In this document: piece by piece, positions 54,631-64,000 of the stretch
How the letters are laid out: each line of letters starts with the position of its first letter
How positions within the stretch are numbered: the first letter of the stretch is position 1
Made by a program: the position numbers and the translations under genes
Notes under the pieces: generated by a model
The model's database searches: none
The model's input: the letters and a program-made list of their open reading frames with translations, nothing else
What the model was told of the DNA's origin: nothing
Source: Prorocentrum cordatum
Lineage: Eukaryota
DNA length: 64,000 nucleotides
Direction: 5' to 3'
Assembly: GCA_963575745.1 (NCBI GenBank)
Contig: CAUYUJ010000251.1
Location: 1 to 64,000 of the forward strand

Positions 54631-55739
54631 GACGGCACCAGATGTCTGCGGTCTGGGGTCTGGCCGAAGCACCGCCTCTTGGAGGCACCACCCACGATCC
54701 AAATCTGGGCCGATTCATTGGCATCTTCGAACTACCGATTCGATCCGGGCGTTGCGACTCTTCCAGGTCGGGATCTGTGGATGTCATCTTGTCCCCCCTG
54801 CCTTTCACACCTGGCGTTTTCGCCAAATTTCGGGACTGGGGGCCCTCACAGGGCGGTCCGGCTGGAGAAACGCTCCAGACAGATGGGGCCGAGGGCTCTG
54901 GTTGTGATGTTTCGTGATGCTGCACTTTTTCGCAACGTTGGATCTCAGGGTAACCGATCCCAATCTCCGCTGGCATGGCCTGATCCCTACTGGACGACTT
55001 ACTCCCCCAGGTCGGGAATAGATGCTGGCCTCCTCGGTGTTTGCGGGGCCTAACTCCCCACCTGGGGCGATGGACTGGGGCGGGGCTGAGGCACATACAG
55101 TCGGGGCGTTGACCTAAGGAACCCTATATAAGGAACGAGGCCCCTTTTTTCCACAAGTTGAACTTCGATTTCGTATCGAACACACACGGAAAACCTGAGG
55201 CAAGCTGTGAAGCACTGAAGGAACGCGGAGCCCCTCCCCAACCAAAAGGGTTCCTTCTTCAGGGCCCCGACTGTACAGGACCCCCAAAACTGCATAACCA
55301 TCAACTTCTGCCATGACCTTCCGAAGGTCCGCGCAAGTTTCGATCGGCGCTGGACCGTCCCCGGCACGCGGAGCGAGCCGGGGCTGTCGCAGGAGGCGCC
55401 GCCGGGGAGATCCAGCCGCGGAGCTCCGAGCACGCACGTGTATGTAATTAGCCATTCCTGCTTCGAGGTGGGCCGGTGTGGCCTGAGATGCCACGGCCCG
55501 GTGGGGATGGGGATCGGTTGGACGGTGCTGAGTCCACCACCATGTGAGCCCAACAAGTATAGAACAAGAAACTGCTGAGGCTAAGAATCATCCGCCTCCG
55601 TGCCTGCACGGAGTGGGCGTGTTATAGTGCCTAGTGTGACGTCTGGGAGGTATTTTAATGTTTTCTAGGGCCCTCCCTCCTAGCACACGTGGTTAAAACA
55701 TCGCCCCCTCAGACGTTGTGTTCTGGCGCTCTTTTCAGC

Positions 55740-57610
55740 TCCAAACGGCCAGAATGGTCTCCAAGGCGGCTTCTATGGCAGTTCGGATGACACATGGACG
55801 ACCCAAGAATGGCCGAAGACGGCTCAAGTGGGCTCCCAAGGCGGCCTCAAGGCAGCTCAAGAGGTCCCCATGACGGCCAAAGATGGCTTCAAGTGGCCCT
55901 CCAAGGGAGCCCGAGGAGGCCAAACCCACTGAATGTCCGACCGCCCAAGACAGCCCATGGAACCTCCAAGATAGCTCCAAGACAGCCCATGCGGCCCACA
56001 AGAGGGGCCCGAGTCGGCCCAAGAGGACCCCAAGATCGCCCGAGAGGCTCCCAAGAGGCTTCCAGGATGGCCTGAAGCGCTCCAAGAGGGCATCTAGAGG
56101 CCCTCCAGGAGAATCCGACGCTAGACCCTGGATTATCTGTTGGTGTTGACGGAGTTTGAGGTCCTCGCCAATTTGAATTTCCGACCGCCTAAGGCGGCCC
56201 AAGAGACCTCCAATATAGCTCCACGATAGCCCATGAGGCCCACAAGAGAGCCCCGAGTCGGCCCAAAAGGATCCCAAGATCGCCCAACATCCTCTCAAGA
56301 TGGCCCCAAGATGGCCCTCAAACGCTCTACGAGGGCACCAATACTGCTCAAAGTTACCCTCAAGACGGCCTCCGAAGGCGTCAGCAATCGCTTCCCTGCA
56401 ACGGCCCAAGAAGCCCCACGAGACCCCCAAGAGGCCTCAAGAGGCCCCTAAGATGCCACCAAGAAGGCCCCCCAGGATGCTCCCAGGAGGCCCCCGGGAG
56501 ACCCCAAGATGGCCCCAAGAAGCTTTCTCCTCCTCGTCATCACTTCTTACCTCTCCTCCTCCTCCTCCAACTCCTACTCCTTCTCCTCCTGCTCGTCCCT
56601 ATCGCGCAGACGAAGACGATGTCGGGATCACGACCCTCCCCAATTTAAACCACTAGCTGAACTGCCGCGGACTGTGAACTCGATCTCCTATCTACCGCGC
56701 GGACGAAGACGAGGTCGATTTCACGACCCGTCCTTATCAGACCATTTGTCGGAATTGCGCTGTTCCTACACTCAGCCTCCTTACTGCTGCGCTGTTGCAC
56801 AGGCAAGGTCGCGAGGTTTGCCGCAGGCAGCTGTAAACATGCTTTAGCGGCCCATGATCGCCAGAGTCACGCGTCTCGACATCACGTGAACCATAGCAGG
56901 CAGAAGGAGCTGAAACGCAGTAGCTCCGTAGCCGCCGCAGCCGCGGGGGAAGCCCCTTCCCTTTGATCCCTCCCCCGTCGGGGGGAGGGGTCCCGGGGCG
57001 GTCCCGGGGGGGTCAGATACGCACCCCCAGTACCAAAACAAGCCAAGAGTGCACCAGGAGACCCCCGAGACGGTCTAAGAGGGCCCCCAATCGAGGTCCA
57101 AAACGCCTTCACGCTCCCACTGCCCAGGAGACCTCCAAGACGCCCCAAGAGGCCTCCGAAGGCACTCCCGAGAGGGCCACAAGAGGCAAACATCATTGAT
57201 TCGAGTTTGGGTTTAGACATACTTTGGTCTCGCCTGTTCCGATTCCCGCCGCTCCAAGGCTGCCGACGACGCCCTCAAGATCGCCTCAAGACGGCCCAAG
57301 AGGCTTCCAAGAACGCTCCATAGCATCCCAAGAGAACCCCAAGACAACCCAAAACGCCTCCAAGACGGCCCACGAGGCCCCCAAGACGGCTCCAAGAGCA
57401 CGCCTTGACGGGGAACCCGAACATACATTTCGAGCCCTCGGCCCCGAGAAGCTCTCAGGAGGCCCCAAGAGGTTCCAAGAGGCCCCAGGAAGCCCACAAG
57501 ATGCCCCCAGGACACCCGAACAGGTCCCCAAGAGGCTCCCAAAAGGCTCTCAACAGACCCCGAAATTCCTCCGCAGAGGCCCCCGAGAGCCTTCCCAAGA
57601 GACCCCAAGA
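55740..57610 (+). repeat. CCCAAGA-rich degenerate satellite blocks (interrupted ~56525-57040)
   Basis: Same word composition as 13730-14830 and 17380-22330. Confidence 0.75.
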
Positions 57611-57989
57611 AGCATCCCTGAGGACTCGGGTCCACGTCAGCGTCGTCGTCGCCGCCGCCGCCACCGCCGCCGTCGTCGTCGACATCCCCCTTCAGGGTCG
57701 GCGGCACTGGCCGTAAGGCCTTCGCAATCTTTCGCCCACAGGAGCGCCGTTCCCTCCCTGAGAGAGGACGCGGGGGGAGGGAGCGTCCTCCCTTGACAAA
57801 ATCCCGGCTCGCATTATGGACACTTAGCCCCGATCCAATTCCGCAGCTTAAGGCACCCCCGACATCGATCGGGTGCCAGGTCGGCCAACGTCCACAAGCC
57901 CAGTCGATCGACAGGACGGGCCGTAGTGGCGGATCGATCGGTCGGGGACTGAGCATTGGCACCAACACCAAACCAGACATCTAATGTAT

Positions 57990-59310
57990 TAATTCGCCTG
58001 GTGAAAAGACCCAACCACATGCAGCTGCGAGTGCCGCGAGGGAGATGAGACGAATGAGGAGGGGCGCAAACTCCGAGTAACGCACGCGGTATAGCCTTCT
58101 GCCACGGAACGTGTGAAAAGTGTGCGGACATGAGTCGGGAGGACGCCTGCGATCATCGCCATTGGAGCTTTCCGTGGAACCCCCTATGGGGCCACGAAAC
58201 GTGTGAGGAGTGTGCCGAAGTTGGGCGGCGGTGACATGCGAACTTTCCCACTAGGGCCTTAGCTGGAGCTCCTTATGGAGCCACGAAGCGTGTGAGGGGT
58301 GTGCCAAAATGGGGCGGCGATGCCACGGGACCACGAAACGTGTGAGCCGAAATGGGGCGGCGGTGCCAGGCGAACTTTCCCACAGGGGCCTTAGGTGGGG
58401 CTCCTTATGGGGCCACGAAACTTGTTAGGGGTGTGCCAGGATGGGGCGGCGGTGGCATGCGAACTTTCCCACTGGGGCCTTAGCTGGAGCTCCCTTTGGG
58501 GCCACGAAGCGTGTGAGATGTGTGCCGAAATGGGGCGGCGGTGCCATGCGAACTTTCCCACTTGGGTTTTCGATGGAGCTCCCTATGGGACCACGAAACG
58601 TGTGAGGGGTGTGCCGAAATGGGGCGGCGGTGCCATGCGAACTTTCCCATTGGGGCCTAGGTGGAGCTTCCTGTAGGGCCACAAAGAGTGTGAGCTGTGT
58701 GCCGACATGGGTTACCGATGCGAACTTTCTAACTGGAGCCTTCGGTGGAACTCCTTATGGGGCAACGAAACGTGTGAGGGTGTGCCGCAATGGGGCGGCG
58801 GTGCCATGCAAACTTTCCCACTGGGGCCTTCGGCGGAGCTTCCTATGGGGCCACGAAACGTGTGAGGTGTGTGTGTGTGTGCCGAATTGAGGCGGCGGTG
58901 TCATGCGAACTTTCCCACTGGGGCCTTCAGTGGAGCTCCCTGTGGAGCCACCAAACGTGTGAAGGGTGTGCCGAAATGGGGCGGTGGTGCCATGCGAACT
59001 TTCCCACTGGGGCCTCAGGTGGGGCTCCCTATGGGACCACGAAACGTATGAGAGGTGTGCCGCAATGGGGCGGCGGTGCCATGCGAACTTTCCCATTCGG
59101 GCCGCAGGTGGAGCTCCCCATTGGCCCATGGGGCCACGAAACGTGTGAGTTGTGTGCCGACATGGGATGGGCATGCGGAGAGCAGAGACAGGGAGGGGAG
59201 GGGGGAGGAGGATGAGGGGGAGGAGGTGGAGGGGGAGGATGAAAGAAAGAGGAACGCGGGGCGCTGTTTCTTCAAAACGAGGACCCAACACCACAGGATG
59301 GTTGGAAAAA
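57990..59310 (-). mobile_element. Tandem-array element copy 8, ~89-bp array
   Basis: Tail (rc) CCTGGTGAAAAGACCCAACCACATGCAG, ~12 units, and head (rc) TTCAAAACGAGGACCCAACACCACAGGATGGTTGGAAAAA. Confidence 0.8.
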
Positions 59311-59772
59311 CATAAGGACGGACACTCTTCCTCGTTCTCGGCCTCTGTGGGCCCTCGCCGGGCCGTGGGACCGTTAAACCACGAGTCGGGGCTTCTGGAG
59401 GGCCCGTATTGGAAACACCAACAAATCTGATCTATGGGCGCACAAGGGGCTGCCTCCACCAGGGGAATATAGTCCTAGATCTTACTGCTGGTGGTAATAC
59501 CACCAGCCCTCTGGGCGTAGGTAGTCTAGGGCGGCTCCTCTTCCAACCCCCTTTTCCCCCTTCGGGGAAAGGTTTATCACTGTTCCCCATTAGTAAACAC
59601 CCCCTCCTCCAGGCGACTTGGGGCCAACCCGGGTCCATGACAACACCCCCCCACCATCCCTTGTAAAAAACCATACAAAACACACTCTGCCTCCAAATTC
59701 GGAACATGCGCAGCCAACCCGATGCGGCCCCCCCCCACCATCCCTGTCAACAAAAATACAAAGTAGTACACT

Positions 59773-59828
59773 TGGCGGCGGCGGCGGCTGCGGCGGCTGC
59801 GGCGGCGGCGGCGGCGGCTGCGGCGGCT

Positions 59829-59859
<31 letters not shown>

Positions 59860-59977
59860 GGCGGCGGGCGGCGGCGGCTGCGGCGGCGGCGGCGGCGGTG
59901 GCGGTGGCGGCAGCGGCTGCGATGGCGGTTTGGCAGCAGGGGGCGGCGGCGCGGCGGCGGCGGCGGCGGCGGCGGCG

Positions 59978-60018
<41 letters not shown>

Positions 60019-60080
60019 GGCGGCGGCGGCGGCAGCGGCGGCGGCGGCGGCGGCGGCGGAGGCGGCGGCGGCGGCGGCGG
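59773..60080. repeat. (GGC)n microsatellite
   Basis: Directly visible. Confidence 0.97.
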
Positions 60081-60539
60081 ATTGGCCCCCAGTAGCTGCC
60101 CATCCAAAGACGACTGCTGAATATGCTGAGGCTCGGGCCAGACTCGGGTGCTACGTATGTGTTGGGAGGGCGGGTGGGAGTGAGCGAGACGGCTTGCGGG
60201 CGGGGGGGGGTCTTGACCTCTCCCCCTACCCCCTCCCCTGGACCTGGATGGGGCCGGTCGCGAGCGGCCCTGATCACCTCAACTCGCCTGGACATCGTTT
60301 CTGGATGGGCTGGTGGGGATATTTTTTAAAACAGCCGCAGGCGGAAGCGCCAGCGGCGGCGGGTCACGGTCGGGCTGCGGCCGTGACAAATTAGCCGGGC
60401 GCGCGCGGGGGCCGCGGATCAGGCGGCGGTGCAAGCTGCTGCCCAGGGAGTCTAAAGGGAAACAGTCACCCAGGAAGCAGGGAGGACGCTGCCAAAATGG
60501 CGCGACGCACATCCCCAGTCGAGGATCGTGTCGGTCCGT

Positions 60540-62060
60540 CGATCACGAGGTCGTGGGGATCAGTCTCCGTGCATGAGGGGTGTCAGAGAGCCCACGGTGT
60601 CTGTCGGGTATGAGCGAGACCGTAGGCAAATGAGCTGACGTCGTCCAGCAGGGAGGAGGGTCTCTGACAGCGCCAGCGAACCGTCGCAGCTTCAGAGAAC
60701 GCATCCACGCGGCTGAAAGGGTACGCCTGAAGTCATTGACAACCGGAGTCAACCTCAGAACAACTGCGGAGGAAAACGTCTGCACGCGAAAGATCAACGA
60801 CATGATGTGACGCAGTGCAGGGGTACACCTGTTCCCGACCTTGGCGAGAGACACGACGGCCAACCGAAGGTGACAGGGCGTGTACCAGGAAGCAACTAAG
60901 TGACATAACAAAGAGCGGCTCTCCATCCACGCTGAGGGGCCAGAAAGAGGAAAAGCGCTCTGAGAAAGCTGCGCTGCCGCATACCCACTGCAGCACAAGC
61001 AATCCGTAGTCACGAAGAGGCCCAGGGAGTGGCCGCTCAACCAGGTTGAGCGTGGGAGCGACGATGGGGTGACGTCAGTGCGCACAGATCCTCGCGGCGA
61101 GCGGTGCACCACTAGCCGCTGGGGTAGCACGCCTGGGCCAACCGCTGCAAGACTGTGGTAAGTCATGTACGGGAGCACGCCTGCGACTCAGTCCGAGTAC
61201 GGCCGCAGCGGACCGGGTGGGCATTCCAGCCGGCGCAGCGGGGCGACCCACGTCACAAGGGCTGGTGGGGATACGCGAAGCGTCTAGATTTATCGGCCAC
61301 CCAAGAGTACCACATAACCAGGATTAAGATCATCTTCTCTGGGTGGAGGCAACCGCCGACACTGGCGCTGGTGCCAACCTCTAGGGCTCCGCTGGTGGAA
61401 CCCAAATCGATGGTCGGGATCCTCTGAGGGCGCGGCATGTACGGAGCGGTGCACGGCATGAGGGACACCCAGAACGCCTGAATCGCAACCATCGGCAAAG
61501 CTACGATGCTCAGCCTCCAAAGGGGCCAGCCATCTCTCGCGCCGCCATGTGGCCAGCTATCGTTGGCGGTCATGCAATCCCGACTGACGGCTAGCAAAAG
61601 AACCTGAGTCCCCGATGTGAAGTTGGACCTCCTCCGCTGCCCATTGCTTGTAACCGTAAAGAGAAAACGTGCTTTCACCCGACGAATTCTCCAATCTCTG
61701 TGTCCTGACGCCGCGATTGGCCCCTGGACCCATTTCTGCGTTCCCAAAGAACTGTTGACTGAAGTCTCCTCTTGCTCCTCCAGTGAGGCTGCCTCAACAG
61801 AAAATCCCAAACTTCACAACGAAGACGGATGTCAAATCGCACAGGCCAGACTGAGCAAACGCTTGAGCAAATCAACGCCTTCACTCGCACTGAAGCAGCA
61901 ATCACCGTGCCACGTGCATCGACAAAGGCGCCGAGGGCACGCTCTGTTTCGGTTCGCACTCGGAGAGGGAATGGGCTTTGGGAGTCGAAGCAATCAAGGA
62001 GAGCAAGGGGATGCTGGCTCCTTCAAAGGCGCCACCCTCCCACAGGTGGCAGGGTAGGTC
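60540..62060 (-). pseudogene. Possible highly decayed LINE RT/C-terminal remnant
   Basis: Non-repetitive stretch with colinear weak motifs across frames: GGAFEGASIPLLSLIASTP (~QG.PLSP.LF), LGAFVDARGTV (~FADD), FAQSGL, KARFL, and later TWLSG..CLCC. Confidence 0.35.
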
Positions 62061-62679
62061 GAGGAGACGGAAGGGTGAGGACGAGGAGAGGGGGGGCGGG
62101 GAGGACAATGATGCAAGTGTCTCCGACGAATTCTGGTGATACTTTTGACTGGCACTGACACTGGCCGTTTGGGAGGCGGTGTCGAAGCTGCTTCGCTGTG
62201 CCCCGCAGCACAATCCTCAACGGCTTGGCCGTTTCTCGGCCCCCGCCGACGGACTCCGCACGTGCCTGAGATACGCGCCAGGTGAGCCCATCTCTGCCAC
62301 CTGCGGACAGCTCTAGTTCCCTTGGGCAAGAGGCAGGCAGGTCCTGAGGGAAGCGGGTCCTGGACCCAGGGGCGCCGTCCCCAGGACCAGCTCCTCATCC
62401 TGAGTCCTTCTTGGCTGTCCTGGGGCCCCTGGAGAGCTTCGAAAAATGAACAATGCGAAACAACTCAGGACCGCTTCACTCAGGACCCCTTTTGATTCAC
62501 GGCGATCCACGGGGGCCGAACACTGCCTGAGCAGTCTCTGGATCGAGTGGCCCACCTCCCCCCGCGCATCCGCTGCGGGGACAGCGCCCACGGACCCAAG
62601 AAAGAACACGAATGGAAGTCGGTGGCGCTTAGGAGGGGGCGGGGCCTGAGAAGGGGGTGTCCTTCCGAAACGGGCTGAG

Positions 62680-63068
62680 CATGATGACTATGATGATAAT
62701 GCTGCTGGTGCTGATAATGATGCTGATGCCGATGCCGATGCTGAAGCTGCTGCTGATGCTGCTACTGGTGATGATGATGCTGATGATGATGATGATGATG
62801 ATGCTGATGATGATGATGATGATGCTGCTGATGCTGATGCTGGTGCCGATGCCGAGGATGCTGATGCCGATGATGCCGCTGCTGCTGCTGCGGCTGATGA
62901 TGATGCTGTTGATGCTGATGATGACAGGATGATGATGGTGATGATGATGCTGCTGATTATGATGATGATGACGATGATGATGATGATGATGATGCTGATG
63001 ATGATGCTGATGCTGATGATGATGATGATGATGCTGATGCTGATGCTGATGCTGATGATTATTGATGA
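62680..63068. repeat. (GAT)n/(GATGCT)n microsatellite
   Basis: Directly visible. Confidence 0.95.
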
Positions 63069-63292
63069 CGAGGGGGCGGGGCCTGAGAGGGAGGCGGCCA
63101 TCCGAAACGGGCGGGGGGGCACCCCCAGAGCGACCCCCGAAGGGCCTGATGAGGGCTCCCGTAGAATTCGTGGGCGCGCGAAGGTTCCTGGAAACCCGCC
63201 CCCCTCAATCGCGCCAACCCCCTCCCCCCCCCCCGCGCGTCACCTCGGAGGCCCCAGCCGCGATGTCGTGCTATCGCTGTTTTGTGTTATGA

Positions 63293-63553
63293 CTGTGTGT
63301 ATGTGTGTGTGTGGTGTGTGTGTGTTGTTGGTGTTGTTGTTGCTGCTGTTGTTGTTGTGGTTGTTGTTGTTGTTGTTGTTGTGTGTGTGTGTGTTTGCTG
63401 TTGTTGTTGTTGGTGTTGTTGGTGTTGTTGTTGCTGTTGTTGTGGTTGTGGTTGTTGTCGTTGTCGTTGTTGTTGTTGTGGTTGTTGTTGTTGTTGTTGT
63501 TTTTGTGTGTGTGTGTGTGTGCGTGTGCGTGTGCGTGTGCGTGTGCGTGTGCG

Positions 63554-63593
<40 letters not shown>

Positions 63594-63840
63594 TGGGTGT
63601 GGGTGTGGGTGTGGGTGTGGGTAGGTGTGGGTGTGGGTGTGGGTGTGGGTGTGGGTGTGGGTGTGGGTGTGGGTGTGGGTGTGGGTGTGGGTGTGGGTGT
63701 GGGTGTGGGTGTGGGTGTGGGGGTGGGTGTGGGGGTGTGGGTGTGGGTGTGTGTGTGTGTGTGTGCGTGGCTTGTGTGTGTGTGTGCTGTGTGTAAGTGT
63801 GTATGTATGTTCGTGTTTGTTGTTTTTGTTGTTGGTGTGG
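63293..63840. repeat. Compound (GT)n/(GTT)n/(GGGTGT)n microsatellite
   Basis: Directly visible. Confidence 0.97.
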
Positions 63841-64000
63841 GCACTCGGTCGCTGCTCCTTGCACGCGAGGGACGACCAAGCATGCCAATCCAGTGGAACT
63901 GTGAGTGACTAAACATGCAACAACAAAAAAACGATTGGTTCACAAACTCGTCGAACATGTTAATGCCGTTTTGGGGCATGCTGGCGTTGGCCTTCACGGG

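Noticed and set aside
55050..55556. Missing N-terminal transporter exon
   Set aside because: No frame shows a convincing TM1 motif with a compatible phase-2 donor.
63590..63750. Telomere-like G-rich repeat
   Set aside because: The unit is GGGTGT within a compound microsatellite, not the TTTAGGG expected for dinoflagellates, and it is internal.

Overview
Eukaryotic, GC-rich and extremely repetitive DNA, almost certainly from a dinoflagellate: a near-perfect 22-nt DinoSL spliced leader is present, and exon junctions are AG|G with a GA donor. Most ORFs in the track are artefacts of microsatellites and GC-rich repeats. The supportable content is as follows. (1) An apparently full-length but decayed ~8.4 kb non-LTR retrotransposon (ORF1 with RanBP2-type Zn finger and coiled coil; ORF2 APE-RT-CCHC-RNase H). 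It begins exactly with the spliced leader and is flanked by (CA)n on both sides. (2) At least 7 copies plus one orphan end of a non-autonomous element with conserved ends, asymmetric subterminal inverted repeats, a microsatellite and a central 89-112 bp tandem array (Helentron/DINE-1-like layout). Its repeat unit has two array-specific variable windows. (3) A minus-strand, multi-exon sucrose/H+ symporter-like (SUT/SLC45, MFS) gene with multi-kb introns. One coding exon is split by a TIR element with a perfect 5-bp TSD. (4) A decayed DDE_1/pogo-like transposase apparently fused to a Ulp1-like cysteine protease. (5) Several MITE/foldback palindromes, a ~1.2 kb degenerate macro-repeat and many microsatellites. 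All motif calls were made by eye; no database searches were run.
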